A DNA stretch of 60,125 bases, filler included. It is 3 parts of 3 records of this genome, joined end to end, with 100 filler letters (N's around TTAATTAATTAA, not from the genome) between each part and the next. Parts side by side here need not be neighbours in the genome. Positions count along the whole stretch, not along the records: positions 45,582 to 60,125 come from SRR20825019_952; 2 more parts are not named here. The stretch is one strand, 5' to 3'. Shown one piece after another: positions 48,809 to 60,125 of this stretch (position 1 is the first letter of the stretch; every line of letters starts with the position of its first letter). The translations under genes were made by a program, and so were the position numbers. Under the pieces are notes generated by a model. It worked only from the letters and a program-made list of their open reading frames with translations, did not search any database and was not told the DNA's origin.

Positions 48809-50733
48809 TGATCTACGTCGCTACGGAAAAGTTGTTGGACAATGTTGGTTTTGATCTCTGGCTCGTATTTATCGAGAAGGTAGCTCTGATACTGCTCGAA
48901 AACCTCGGACTGAGTTTGCTCAACCAACTGTGCGTATAAGGTATCAACAGCCTCAGGGTTGGCGGTTGGTTCACCCGGCATTACACCGTTTACACGTACA
49001 ACCACGTACCCGTTACCATCGGCTGCGCGCTCTGCATCCACTGTTCCAACACCAAGTTCGAAAATCAAACGGCGAATATTTTGGGAAAGACCAGAACTGC
49101 CCTCAGCCGTACGGCTAACGTTTTTAGCGTCAAATGAGGTGCCGCCGAGCTCTTGAGCAACAACCTCAGGGTCTTCACCAGCTTGCAGGCGGGTCTTGGC
49201 AAGCTCGGCAATTTCACCAGCACGGCGCTGGCGTTCTTCAGTTTCCCATGCTGAACGTACCTGTGAGGCTACTTCCTCGTAGGCCCGTTCAGCAGGCTCT
49301 TGAACTTCGGTTAACTCAACAAGATAGACACCTTTAGTGTTATCCTGCGGGTCCAGGTCTGTGACTTGTGCTTCAACACCGAGGTCACGACGGAATGCGT
49401 CTTGCATCACGATGTACTCGTTTTGTTGGGTAACGAGTTGGGTGCCAGAAGGCCCTTTGCCTTGAGCATCGACCGATGTCACCGTAGCCAATGTGAGGTC
49501 CAGTTTGTTGGCGACAGGAGACAAGGCGCCATCTTCCGCGATAGCATCTTCAAGGTCAGGTAAGAAGTCAAACATCAGGTCTACCGCCAGTTCCTCGCGA
49601 AGCGCAGCCTCAAGTTCGCCTCGTACGTCCGCAAGCGTGGTGGAAACGCCCGGTGTAATGCCTGTGACTTTAAAGATATTCCAACCGGCAATGCCCTCTA
49701 GTGGCTGCGATGTCGCGCCTTCTTCAAGCGCGAAAACTGCCTCGGCTGTGGTCTGATCCAGGCTGATAGCGAGGTCACTCCTGCTTGTTTGCCCAAGGTC
49801 GATTTCCTCAGCTGTAAAGGTAGTTGCAGTTGCACCAGCCTCAACAAAATCTGCCCCGGCGGCGATTTGTTGCAGAAATGCTTGCGCTTCCTCTTCAGTT
49901 GGGAAGCTTACTTGCTGAAGTGCGCGCAGTTCAGGCTGTTCATACTCGTCGCGGCGGGTCTCAAAAGCGGCGGCAATATCTTCCTCAGTAATGTCTACTT
50001 TGTCAGTGAACTGAGCAGGCGTTAACATTACGTAGCGATAGCTGCGGCGCTCAGGCGTCATATATGACGCTTTATTAGCTTCATAGTTTGCCAGTAGCTC
50101 TTCCTCGCTCGCTTCTGCAATATCCGTAATGTCACTCGCGGAGATGTTGATCATGGACGCACGGCGACGCTCAGCCTGCCAAACAAACAGTTGCTCCGCC
50201 ATGGCGCGCGGCAGAAGGTCCGTGCTCGCCATGCTGTTGAGAAGCTGTTCACGTGAAATGTTCCGGCGCAAGTCGGCATAAAGCTCAGCTTTCGAGAAAC
50301 CTGCACTTTGCAGTGCACGTTCCATCATATCCACACTGAAGCTACCGTCAGGAGCCTGAAAAGCTTCAAAGGAGCGCAGGTCGTCCGCCAATTGCGCTTC
50401 TGTTGCCCGGAAGCCCATTTCACGTAGGTTCTCCTCAATCGCAGCGTCAGTGACCATCTGGTTGAGCACTTGATAGTCGAGGTTCATCAATCGGATGATC
50501 TCTTGCGTATTCATTTGCCCACCGAATTGCGTTTGCAGTTGGGTCGCACGGCGTTGTACCGCGTTTGCGAACTGTTGGGTCGGTACGTCGGTTTCTCCGA
50601 CTTTGGCGACGATCCGAGTACTTCCCGCAAGCATGCCGGGGCCTATACCCCAGATCGCAAATGCGGCAATCAAAACGCCTAAAAGGGCTTTAACAAAAAT
50701 GGAGTCCAAAGCCCCACGAAGATTGAAAAGCAT
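48805..50733 (-). CDS. ppiD: SurA N-terminal domain peptidyl-prolyl isomerase (PpiD-like)
   Basis: N-terminal TM (LIAAFAIWGI), PERRS/PELR repeats; conserved position between tpiA and trpE. Confidence 0.82.
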   Translation of the reverse strand: MLFNLRGALDSIFVKALLGVLIAAFAIWGIGPGMLAGSTRIVAKVGETDVPTQQFANAVQRRATQLQTQFGGQMNTQEIIRLMNLDYQVLNQMVTDAAIEENLREMGFRATEAQLADDLRSFEAFQAPDGSFSVDMMERALQSAGFSKAELYADLRRNISREQLLNSMASTDLLPRAMAEQLFVWQAERRRASMINISASDITDIAEASEEELLANYEANKASYMTPERRSYRYVMLTPAQFTDKVDITEEDIAAAFETRRDEYEQPELRALQQVSFPTEEEAQAFLQQIAAGADFVEAGATATTFTAEEIDLGQTSRSDLAISLDQTTAEAVFALEEGATSQPLEGIAGWNIFKVTGITPGVSTTLADVRGELEAALREELAVDLMFDFLPDLEDAIAEDGALSPVANKLDLTLATVTSVDAQGKGPSGTQLVTQQNEYIVMQDAFRRDLGVEAQVTDLDPQDNTKGVYLVELTEVQEPAERAYEEVASQVRSAWETEERQRRAGEIAELAKTRLQAGEDPEVVAQELGGTSFDAKNVSRTAEGSSGLSQNIRRLIFELGVGTVDAERAADGNGYVVVRVNGVMPGEPTANPEAVDTLYAQLVEQTQSEVFEQYQSYLLDKYEPEIKTNIVQQLFRSDVDQ

Positions 50734-50980
50734 GCACCCGTGCTCCCGTCGGTATTACGCTACAATTTTTATCGGATAGCCTGAGAATGACTCCCCGCAT
50801 TAGGGCGCGCATCATAAGCATGCTTTTTCGCCGCCGCAACAAGGGAAATCGCGGATTGTAAGACTGCGAGCTGTTTGTTTGGGAACGCATTGGTGTTTGG
50901 TGTTGTGAAAGTCTGGTTATTCGCGCCCTAATTTGCTAAGCAACGCCTCATAAACCATCAAAAAAATAAAGAGGCCCAAT

Positions 50981-51730
50981 ATGAAACCTACAGCGCTTGT
51001 TGCTGGCAACTGGAAAATGAATGGCTTGGCGGAAAGCCGTAGCGAGCTTGAAACACTATCCAAGCTCCTGAAAGAGGGTACAGAAGCAGGCTGTAATGTT
51101 TTGATATGCCCACCGTACACCCTGATTTCCTCGTTCGCGGCAATGAACGCTGAGAGCATTGCGATCGGTGCACAGGATTGCCACGCGAAGGCGAGCGGCG
51201 CTCACACAGGGGACATTTCAGCACAGATGCTGCGTGATGCCGGTGCAGAATATGTTATTGTGGGCCATAGCGAGCGGCGGGCTGATCATGGGGAGAGCAG
51301 CGCGCTTGTATGCGCCAAAGCGAACGCTGTGCTATCTGAAGGATTGCGAGCCATTGTTTGTGTTGGAGAAACTGAAGCAGAGCGAGATGCAGGGAGCACA
51401 CTGACTGTTGTTCTTGGCCAACTTGCAGAATCTATCCCTGAAAGCGCCACACCTGATAATATGATTGTTGCCTATGAACCGGTATGGGCTATCGGGACAG
51501 GCCGCACCCCGACGACCGACGATGTTGCAGAAGTTCATACAGCCTTGAGAAATGCGCTCGTTGAGCGGTTTGGCGAAAATGGGAGGAGGTTCTCGCTCTT
51601 ATACGGGGGGTCAGTGAAACCTTCGAACGCAAAAGAGCTGATGTCGGCACCTAATGTGAATGGTGCTCTTGTTGGGGGCGCAAGCCTAAAGGCCACTGAC
51701 TTCAACGGCATTATCGACGCGTACCGTTAG
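50981..51730 (+). CDS. tpiA: Triosephosphate isomerase
   Basis: [36 protein letters not shown]. Confidence 0.98.
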   Translation: MKPTALVAGNWKMNGLAESRSELETLSKLLKEGTEAGCNVLICPPYTLISSFAAMNAESIAIGAQDCHAKASGAHTGDISAQMLRDAGAEYVIVGHSERRADHGESSALVCAKANAVLSEGLRAIVCVGETEAERDAGSTLTVVLGQLAESIPESATPDNMIVAYEPVWAIGTGRTPTTDDVAEVHTALRNALVERFGENGRRFSLLYGGSVKPSNAKELMSAPNVNGALVGGASLKATDFNGIIDAYR

Positions 51731-51862
51731 AGTATTATCGCCTTGCGCTGTAATTTGGGCTTGGCAAAGGCTATCGTCATGAGATAGAAACCGCGCTTTG
51801 AATAGCTGACGATAATTGTTTTATCAGTTAGCTTAGGCAAACGAGTTTGTAGGACAGGTTAA

Positions 51863-52186
51863 ATGGAAACCGTATTACTGAGCATTCACCTGATTGTCGC
51901 CATCGCTTTGGTCGCTGTCATTCTATTGCAGCGCTCTGAGGGTGGGGCTCTTGGTATTGGTGGTGGACAAGGCGGCATGATGACGGCACGCGGTGCTGGT
52001 AACCTGCTGACAAAGACCACGAAGTGGCTCGCCATTGTGTTTCTGGCAAATTCGCTTCTTCTGGGGTGGTTCGCAGCAAACAAACGCGGTGATGATGCGG
52101 TGCTTGACGCAGCCGTCGAACAGACCCAGCAAGAGGATAGCCAACTGCCTGAATTACCAGCCGTTCCAGAGGACGGCGAGGGTTAA
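51863..52186 (+). CDS. secG: Preprotein translocase subunit SecG
   Basis: ILLQRSEGGALG...NLLTKTT; follows tpiA. Confidence 0.95.
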   Translation: METVLLSIHLIVAIALVAVILLQRSEGGALGIGGGQGGMMTARGAGNLLTKTTKWLAIVFLANSLLLGWFAANKRGDDAVLDAAVEQTQQEDSQLPELPAVPEDGEG

Positions 52187-52195
52187 GAGACTTCA

Positions 52196-52226
52196 AAGCG
52201 GGGGCCAAGAGCCCCCGCTTCTCTTT
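52196..52226 (+). terminator. Rho-independent terminator after secG
   Basis: aagcgggggc-caaga-gcccccgctt stem. Confidence 0.75.
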
Positions 52227-52306
52227 GTGTAAGCAAGTATCAAATTGATTTATCCCGGCCCTGGCCGATGGATCGCTGTGTGCTTTTTGAATATTAGAGA
52301 GGCTTC

Positions 52307-53938
52307 ATGACGCGTTATATTTTTATCACCGGTGGTGTGGTTAGTTCTTTGGGCAAGGGTTTGTTGTCCGCGTCGCTTGGCGCGTTGCTGCAGGCGAGGG
52401 GATATTCTGTTCGGTTGCGAAAACTGGACCCCTACCTGAACGTCGATCCGGGCACCATGAGCCCTTACCAACACGGTGAAGTCTATGTGACAGACGACGG
52501 TGCGGAGACAGATCTGGATCTTGGTCACTACGAACGGTTTACCGGTGTAGCTTCACGTCAAAGCGACAATATTACTTCAGGTCGTATTTATCAGCAGATC
52601 ATTCAGCGGGAACGTCGTGGCGATTATCTGGGTGGTACGGTTCAGGTAATTCCGCATGTGACAGATGCGATCAAAGAATTTGCGTTGGCCGAGCAGGACG
52701 GTATTGACTTTATGCTGTGCGAAATTGGCGGAACCGCTGGTGATATCGAAGCGGCGCCTTTTATGGAGGCGATTCGCCAACTGTCCATTGAGTTGGGTAA
52801 GGGCCGGTCAATCTTCGTTCACCTTACTCTTGTGCCTTATCTTGCGGCGGCGGGTGAGTTGAAAACGAAACCAACCCAGCACAGCGTGCGGGATTTACGC
52901 TCTATAGGTATTCAGCCAGACATTCTTGTTTGCCGGTCTGAGCACCCGATCCCGGATGGTGAGCGCCGCAAGATGTCGCTTTATTGCAATGTTTCTGAAA
53001 CGGCTGTGATCCCAGCGCTTGACGTAGGCACAATTTACGAAGTTCCGATTTCCTACCACAAAGAAGGTCTGGATATTGAAGTGTTGAAGGCCTTTGGGCT
53101 CGCGCACTCTCAAAAGCCTGATCTTGGGCCGTGGGAAGATATTGTCGATCGTATCAAGAACCCTGAAGGCGAGGTGACTATTGCTGTTGTGGGCAAATAC
53201 ACAGGCCTGAAGGATGCTTACAAGTCACTCAACGAAGCTATCATCCATGGTGGCATTGCCAACAGAGTGAAAGTGAATATTGAGTGGTTTGAATCGGAGG
53301 TGTTTGAGCGTGACGATGCAATGTCCCGACTTGAGAACGTTCATGCGATCCTTGTTCCTGGCGGGTTTGGCAAGCGCGGTACGGAAGGCAAGATCGCAGC
53401 GGCGCGTTTTGCACGGGAGCGCAATATTCCATACTTTGGCATCTGTCTTGGTATGCAGATGGCGACGATTGAAGCTGCAAGGAATCTTGCTGGCATTACA
53501 GATGCAGGTTCGACTGAGTTCGAAGAACAGAAGAACCCGGTTGTTGGCTTGATCACCGAATGGGTGCGCGAGGATGGCAGTGTTGAAACCCGTACGGAAG
53601 ATACAGACCTTGGCGGTACAATGCGCCTTGGCGCATATGATGCCTGCCTTAAGGAAGGCTCCCGTGTTGCGGATATTTATGGGAAGACCGAGATATCTGA
53701 GCGTCACCGGCACCGCTACGAGGTCAATATCGGTTATGTAAAACAACTCGAAGACGCTGGTGTACTCTTCTCGGGTATGTCACCCGATGGCGACTTACCT
53801 GAAATCATGGAAATCCCAGGTCACCCTTGGTTTATCGGTGTTCAGTATCATCCTGAACTCAAGTCAAAACCATTTGACCCGCATCCATTGTTTGCGAGCT
53901 TTGTTGAAGCGGCGCTTCAACAAAGCCGGTTGGTCTAG
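52307..53938 (+). CDS. pyrG: CTP synthase
   Basis: [57 protein letters not shown]. Confidence 0.98.
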   Translation: MTRYIFITGGVVSSLGKGLLSASLGALLQARGYSVRLRKLDPYLNVDPGTMSPYQHGEVYVTDDGAETDLDLGHYERFTGVASRQSDNITSGRIYQQIIQRERRGDYLGGTVQVIPHVTDAIKEFALAEQDGIDFMLCEIGGTAGDIEAAPFMEAIRQLSIELGKGRSIFVHLTLVPYLAAAGELKTKPTQHSVRDLRSIGIQPDILVCRSEHPIPDGERRKMSLYCNVSETAVIPALDVGTIYEVPISYHKEGLDIEVLKAFGLAHSQKPDLGPWEDIVDRIKNPEGEVTIAVVGKYTGLKDAYKSLNEAIIHGGIANRVKVNIEWFESEVFERDDAMSRLENVHAILVPGGFGKRGTEGKIAAARFARERNIPYFGICLGMQMATIEAARNLAGITDAGSTEFEEQKNPVVGLITEWVREDGSVETRTEDTDLGGTMRLGAYDACLKEGSRVADIYGKTEISERHRHRYEVNIGYVKQLEDAGVLFSGMSPDGDLPEIMEIPGHPWFIGVQYHPELKSKPFDPHPLFASFVEAALQQSRLV

Positions 53939-53963
53939 ACTAACTAAATATCTGATTTTATTG

Positions 53964-53989
53964 AAAAGGAGGCTTTCGGCCTCCTTTTT
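53964..53989 (+). terminator. Rho-independent terminator after pyrG
   Basis: aaaaggaggc-tttcg-gcctcctttt. Confidence 0.88.
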
Positions 53990-54065
53990 GCATTTCAGTG
54001 TGCCCAGAGACTTAAAAACGGTAAAATGTGCCTATATGGCCCAAATTGACAAGGGAACGCTTGTT

Positions 54066-54854
54066 ATGATTCGTCAAATTTTGCTCACTCTATCAGCAGT
54101 GTTGCTTTTGGTAGGGCCAAGCTATGGAGCGACTGATGAAGAGCGAGCCGCTGAGGCTCTTCAGAATGCGCAGGCCATGGTTGCTGAATTTGCTAATGAG
54201 CGGGATGAGGCGACCCTTGAGCGTATCGATAAGAGCGTTGAGCGAGTTTGGTTGCAGCTTCTCGAGTATCACGGTATTGGCAACCAGCTTGTGCCGCAGC
54301 TCGCTCTCCTGCGCGCCCGCAGCGCCAGCGCGGAGAGGGATAAGCGCCGTGCCGTTCCAGCATGGCAACAAGCGATCCAGGCGAATTCGAGTGTTTCCCC
54401 GGCATTTGTGCTTGGCCTTAACATTGAGGCGGCACACGCGGCTGCCATGGTAGGCGAGTATGAAGAATCCAGCAGGTTCTTTGCCGCAGCAAGAGCATAT
54501 GCATTTGTGCGTGGCGACCAAAGCGAAAGCGCACGGCTGCAGATGAGAGTGACAGAGCTGCGGGTTCTTGGTGGAACCATGCCTTGGCGGGATCTCAATG
54601 ATGCGTTAACGGACCTGCGTGATTTTTCCGAAACCTTCCCTATGTGGACCTTGCCGAGACTTGAATCTCTTCTCAGCGAAGGCGAGATCCGGTTAGTGAA
54701 CCAGCCTGAAGGCAAAGAAAAGCGCGGTGCGTTATCGAGCCTTAAAGCCGAAATATTGCTCATGCAAAAGGGGATGAACCTCAATCTGCCCGCCAGTTTT
54801 ACGTCGAGAATAAGGGCGCTCTTTTATGCGCTCGAAGACAACTACGATCTCTAA
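54066..54854 (+). CDS. Secreted helical hypothetical protein
   Basis: Signal peptide MIRQILLTLSAVLLLVGPSYG; aaggga upstream; start placed after the pyrG terminator. Confidence 0.7.
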   Translation: MIRQILLTLSAVLLLVGPSYGATDEERAAEALQNAQAMVAEFANERDEATLERIDKSVERVWLQLLEYHGIGNQLVPQLALLRARSASAERDKRRAVPAWQQAIQANSSVSPAFVLGLNIEAAHAAAMVGEYEESSRFFAAARAYAFVRGDQSESARLQMRVTELRVLGGTMPWRDLNDALTDLRDFSETFPMWTLPRLESLLSEGEIRLVNQPEGKEKRGALSSLKAEILLMQKGMNLNLPASFTSRIRALFYALEDNYDL

Positions 54855-56383
54855 TCATCTCGCCCGAAGTTGGTCAGAATTGTGGCATATATCTCAATAG
54901 CATCCCAAAGGTTTTGGAGCCTCAGGTTCTCATTCCGTCCATGTTGATTATTATCATGGTTAGCGATGGGCAGCAGAATGATAGGGGCCTCAAGCGCTTC
55001 CTCAAACAGGTAGATGGGTAGGCTACCGCCCATGGTCGGTGTCAACAGGGTCGGTTTCTGGTCAATATCATTCAGGATTGAGATGAGCTTACGCGCTATC
55101 GGGCTGTTAAGGTCACTGCGAAACGCGCCATAACCACCATCCACCCAATCAACCTTCAGAACCTTCTCATGTTGCCTGAGTTCTTCATCGCTCGGCTCTC
55201 TATTTGTTAGCCAGTAACCTTCAGATTCAAAAAAAGTGTTCAGAGCCTTTTTCACACTCTCCGGCGTCTGATCCGGTACCAAGCGGAGGTTCAGCGACGC
55301 TGTCGCCTGCGGCATTATAATGTTTCTGGATTTGCTTCCTGTACCGCCGCCATCAAAGCCCTTCACAACGATGGCGGGTGACATGATCAGCTCTTCAAGC
55401 CTCTTTCCGTCCCCGTCTGTGTCCCCTAAGGCGAGCTCATTGCGTAAAGCTTCATCCATTTGGGGAAGGGCGTCGATAGCTGCTTGCTCTACAGCAGAGA
55501 TCGGCCGCACATTATCCAGGTAACCGGGAACCAGAATACGAGCTTCTTCATCTTTCATCTTGGCTAACAGATGAACAAGGCGGTCATTTGGGTTGGGCGC
55601 CCAGTTGCCATAGTGGCCGCTATGGAGTGGTCGTTTCGGCCCAAAGGCGGTTAGGTGAACGGTCATGGCACCGCGGACACCAAAAACGAGTTGGCGCTGT
55701 CTGCTTTGATGCATTGGCCCGTCACAGAACAACAGGAGGTCTGATGACAGTTTGTCAGCGTGTGTGTCGAGTATTTGCCGAAGGGTAGGGGAGCCTGCCT
55801 CTTCCTCGCCATCCAATATCAGCTTGATGTTGACGCCTGGGGCAAGGCCCGCTTCGTCAAGTGCATCAATCGCCGCCATGAGGGCAATAACGGGAGCTTT
55901 GTCGTCACCGGCAGAGCGGGCAAAAATACGCCATTCAGGATCAAATGCCTGCGCACTATCTGGCCAATCAACAATGTTTCCGCCTGTTTCAACCAATCCA
56001 TCCCGAAGTGTTGCTTCAAACGGTGGGCTTGCCCAATTCTGAGGTGCTACGGGTTGCCCGTCAAAGTGGGCGTAGATGAGAATTGTTTTCGAAGCACCTG
56101 GCGTTTTCTTTTCAGCGATAATGTAGGGGGCTCCGCCAGCGCTAACTGTCTCTGATGTAAAGCCGCGGGCCTTGATATACTCCGTTATCCAACGCGCATT
56201 TTCATGCATGTCATCCACGTTGTCAGAGACATTGGGCAGGGACAGGAACTCCCGAAAGTCATTGACGATCCTATGAGCGTTGTCGTTGATGTAGGCTTTC
56301 AGCTTATCTGAAGCCGCCGCAACATTGACTGTGGCAGTGAGTGCCAGCACACCGGCAAGCCCATATCTCGACAATACATTCAT
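54851..56383 (-). CDS. Secreted M20/M25/M40 family metallo-hydrolase
   Basis: YAHFDGQP, ARSAGDDK, DGEEEAGS, LHSGHYGN, NNQHGRNEN; signal peptide. Confidence 0.92.
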   Translation of the reverse strand: MNVLSRYGLAGVLALTATVNVAAASDKLKAYINDNAHRIVNDFREFLSLPNVSDNVDDMHENARWITEYIKARGFTSETVSAGGAPYIIAEKKTPGASKTILIYAHFDGQPVAPQNWASPPFEATLRDGLVETGGNIVDWPDSAQAFDPEWRIFARSAGDDKAPVIALMAAIDALDEAGLAPGVNIKLILDGEEEAGSPTLRQILDTHADKLSSDLLLFCDGPMHQSRQRQLVFGVRGAMTVHLTAFGPKRPLHSGHYGNWAPNPNDRLVHLLAKMKDEEARILVPGYLDNVRPISAVEQAAIDALPQMDEALRNELALGDTDGDGKRLEELIMSPAIVVKGFDGGGTGSKSRNIIMPQATASLNLRLVPDQTPESVKKALNTFFESEGYWLTNREPSDEELRQHEKVLKVDWVDGGYGAFRSDLNSPIARKLISILNDIDQKPTLLTPTMGGSLPIYLFEEALEAPIILLPIANHDNNQHGRNENLRLQNLWDAIEIYATILTNFGRDD

Positions 56384-56512
56384 AATGTTTCTCCCCCTCA
56401 GGGGGACTTTATCAGCAGGTTTACGTTTTTCCAGCTTTACTGCGTCGAAACCTTGCGCGTTGCGTTTGGAAAGGGTAACAATCCGCCCTAAATTTCTTGT
56501 TTCTCCATTTGA

Positions 56513-57805
<1,293 letters not shown>

Positions 57806-57816
57806 GTAATTATAGC

Positions 57817-57847
57817 AACGTGGCGCCCGCAAAGCGGGGGCTACGTT
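57817..57847 (+). terminator. Hairpin after eno
   Basis: aacgtggc.cccgc-aaa-gcggg.gctacgtt imperfect stem. Confidence 0.5.
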
Positions 57848-57930
57848 CGGCATTTTAAGCGCGCCAAAAACTTTAATTTTCGGTGCGTTTTTGCTTGCCT
57901 GTGCGATTCGGCTGTGAGATGATTCGAATC

Positions 57931-58248
57931 ATGAAGCGATTCGGAAGAATATCAAGGTATCTGGGGCAGGCGTGGCTTGCTGGTGTGTGGCTGTTTTTGT
58001 TCGGCTACTTTGCCTTTCATGCCTTTCAGGGTGATAGCAGCATCGCTGCTTTGAAGCGCCTTGAGGTGCAGGAACAAGAACTTGCGACGCAAGCCCGTAA
58101 AGTTGCGGAGGTGCGCGAAGCACTTGAGGCTCGCACACATAAGCTTTCAGGAAGTACAATTGATCCGGACATGCTGGAAGAGCAGGTAAGGTTACGTCTT
58201 GGCTTTACTCATCCCGACGAAGTAGTGGTTTTCATTTCAGTTGATTGA
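57931..58248 (+). CDS. ftsB: Septum formation initiator FtsB/DivIC
   Basis: TM, coiled coil and DPDMLEEQVRLRLGFTHPDE; located between eno and pdhA; start uncertain. Confidence 0.88.
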   Translation: MKRFGRISRYLGQAWLAGVWLFLFGYFAFHAFQGDSSIAALKRLEVQEQELATQARKVAEVREALEARTHKLSGSTIDPDMLEEQVRLRLGFTHPDEVVVFISVD

Positions 58249-58396
58249 TAATTAACATATATTAAGTTAATTAATATTTATCCTTAAATATCAATAAGTT
58301 ATATACTATTGCAAATTCCATGAAACGGCGTTATCCATTACCCATACACGCTAGCGCGATGGGCACCCCGCCCACGACCTTTTCTGGAAGGCCGAT

Positions 58397-59428
58397 ATGA
58401 CTACAAAAAAGACTACCAAGAAGTCGACGGCAGCAAGTCGTCGCCGCAATACTGGTCCGGCGCTCTATGATGCGTCGAACGACGAACTCATTGAACTATA
58501 CCGCCAAATGCTGTTGATCCGCCGGTTTGAAGAAAAAGCTGGCCAGATGTATGGCATGGGCTTGATTGGTGGTTTTTGCCACCTGTACATTGGTCAAGAA
58601 GCCGTTGTGGTGGGTATTCAGACTGCATTGAAAGACGGCGACTCCGTTATTACGGGCTACCGGGAGCACGGCCATATGATTGCGGCAGGGGCTGACCCGA
58701 AAGCAGTGATGGCGGAACTGACCGGACGTTCTGGGGGTTGCTCACGCGGTAAAGGCGGTTCAATGCATATGTTTGACCCGGATCGTGGGTTCTACGGTGG
58801 TCATGGCATTGTTGGCGCGCAAGTCTCACTGGGCACAGGCCTCGGGTTCGCAGCCAAATACCGCAAGACAGACAACGTATCGGTTGCCTATTTTGGCGAC
58901 GGCGCAGCAAATCAGGGCCAAGTGTACGAGAGCTTTAACATGGCCCGTATCTGGGATTTGCCAGTGATCTATATCATTGAGAACAACCAGTACGCCATGG
59001 GAACCAGCGTTAGCAGGTCTTCTTCACAGATTGAGCTGCATCGTCGCGGTGAAAGCTTTAAAATTCCTGGCAAACAAGTTGACGGCATGAATGTGCTGGA
59101 AGTGCGGGCAGCGATGGATGAAGCCGTGGCGCATTGCCGCGAAGGTAAAGGTCCATTCATTCTTGAAATGAAAACATACCGTTACCGTGGCCACTCCATG
59201 TCGGACCCGGCAAAATATCGCTCCAAAGAAGAAGTTCAGAAAATGCGGGCTGAGCATGACGCTATCGATCAGGTAAAACAGCGCATTCTTGATGCTGGTC
59301 TCATGGATGAAGCGGCGCTCAAGGACCTTGATAAAGAACTCAAGGCAATTGTGGCTGACGCTGCAACATTTGCAACAGATTCGCCTGAACCTGAGCTTTC
59401 TGAACTTTATACTGATGTGCTGGCGTAA
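58397..59428 (+). CDS. pdhA: Pyruvate dehydrogenase E1 alpha subunit
   Basis: [38 protein letters not shown]. Confidence 0.97.
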   Translation: MTTKKTTKKSTAASRRRNTGPALYDASNDELIELYRQMLLIRRFEEKAGQMYGMGLIGGFCHLYIGQEAVVVGIQTALKDGDSVITGYREHGHMIAAGADPKAVMAELTGRSGGCSRGKGGSMHMFDPDRGFYGGHGIVGAQVSLGTGLGFAAKYRKTDNVSVAYFGDGAANQGQVYESFNMARIWDLPVIYIIENNQYAMGTSVSRSSSQIELHRRGESFKIPGKQVDGMNVLEVRAAMDEAVAHCREGKGPFILEMKTYRYRGHSMSDPAKYRSKEEVQKMRAEHDAIDQVKQRILDAGLMDEAALKDLDKELKAIVADAATFATDSPEPELSELYTDVLA

Positions 59429-59442
59429 GGGAGCATCCAACC

Positions 59443-60125
59443 ATGGCAATTGAAATCACCATGCCGGCCCTGTCTCCCACTATGGAAAAGGGCACACTCG
59501 CAAAATGGCTCGTCAAAGAGGGCGATAGCATCGAATCCGGCGACGTAATCGCGGAAATCGAGACAGACAAGGCGACAATGGAAGTAGAAGCCGTTGATGA
59601 CGGCGTTATCGCGAAACTTGTGATCGCTGAGGGCACGGATGATGTGCCTGTTGGCGAACTCATCGCGGTTGTTGCTGAGGAAGGCGAGGACGCGGACGAT
59701 ATTAGCGTGTCCAAAAAGCCTGAAGAAAAATCCAAAGAAGCACCTAAAGCACCGAAAGAGGACCCTGACGAGCAGGAAACCGTTTTTGCGGGCGCTGTTG
59801 CCAGCGCGGAAAATCTCAAAGACCCTGAAATACCATCAGGCACGAACATGGTGAAGCTGACCGTGCGTGAAGCGCTGCGCGATGCCATGGCTGAGGAAAT
59901 GCGCAAAGACGGCGACGTTTTTGTGATGGGCGAAGAGGTGGCAGAATATCAGGGCGCCTATAAGGTAACTCAGGGCCTGCTTGACGAATTTGGCTCAGAG
60001 CGCGTTATCGACACGCCAATCACTGAGCATGGTTTTGCCGGCCTTGGTGCTGGCGCAGCGTTTGCTGGCCTTAAGCCTGTAATCGAGTTCATGACGTTTA
60101 ACTTCGCCATGCAGGCGATTGACCA
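59443..60125 (+). CDS. pdhB: Pyruvate dehydrogenase E1 beta subunit with N-terminal lipoyl domain (runs off the window)
   Basis: Not in the ORF track; [17 protein letters not shown]...[13 protein letters not shown], linker, then [15 protein letters not shown]...[13 protein letters not shown]...DTPITE...[13 protein letters not shown]. Confidence 0.96.
   Translation, partial: MAIEITMPALSPTMEKGTLAKWLVKEGDSIESGDVIAEIETDKATMEVEAVDDGVIAKLVIAEGTDDVPVGELIAVVAEEGEDADDISVSKKPEEKSKEAPKAPKEDPDEQETVFAGAVASAENLKDPEIPSGTNMVKLTVREALRDAMAEEMRKDGDVFVMGEEVAEYQGAYKVTQGLLDEFGSERVIDTPITEHGFAGLGAGAAFAGLKPVIEFMTFNFAMQAID

Noticed and set aside
53760..54065. N-terminal extension of the 364-aa ORF
   Set aside because: Overlaps pyrG and crosses its terminator; the signal peptide begins at 54066
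59443..59700. Lipoyl domain fused to PdhB
   Set aside because: An established feature of alphaproteobacterial PDH E1 beta

Overview
The window is three unrelated pieces joined by 100-nt N spacers, each carrying the artificial all-frame stop linker TTAATTAATTAA (26226-26325 and 45482-45581). Piece 1 (1-26225) is Bacteroidota, probably Flavobacteriaceae. It carries recQ (partial), kdsD, tatC, lptB, pssA, an Lnb/DUF4105 protein, an ABC-F ATPase, a PduO-type adenosyltransferase, secA, an orphan sensor kinase, msrA, an ECF sigma/anti-sigma operon, ohr, meaB and a GT2/flippase/ArnT/PAP2 envelope-modification cluster. Piece 2 (26326-45481) is Alphaproteobacteria (Kordiimonas-like by my impression, unverified). 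It carries a thiolase/acyl-CoA dehydrogenase pair, TerB-like and NrtR genes, an Hpt-REC protein, rpmG, divK-pleD, dinB, a GGDEF gene with a sigma54 promoter, RidA-GDPD-GNAT and clpA. It also holds two solitary inserted nuclease-like genes, one PD-(D/E)XK and one GIY-YIG. Piece 3 (45582-60125) is an alphaproteobacterial core region: trpG, trpE, ppiD, tpiA, secG, pyrG, eno, ftsB and pdhAB. I saw no tRNA, rRNA, CRISPR array, integrase or transposase. Most genes are housekeeping, and no complete novel multi-gene system is demonstrable. The best leads are the two orphan nucleases, the TerB/NrtR locus, two small membrane ORFs missing from the ORF track, and several clear regulatory motifs.
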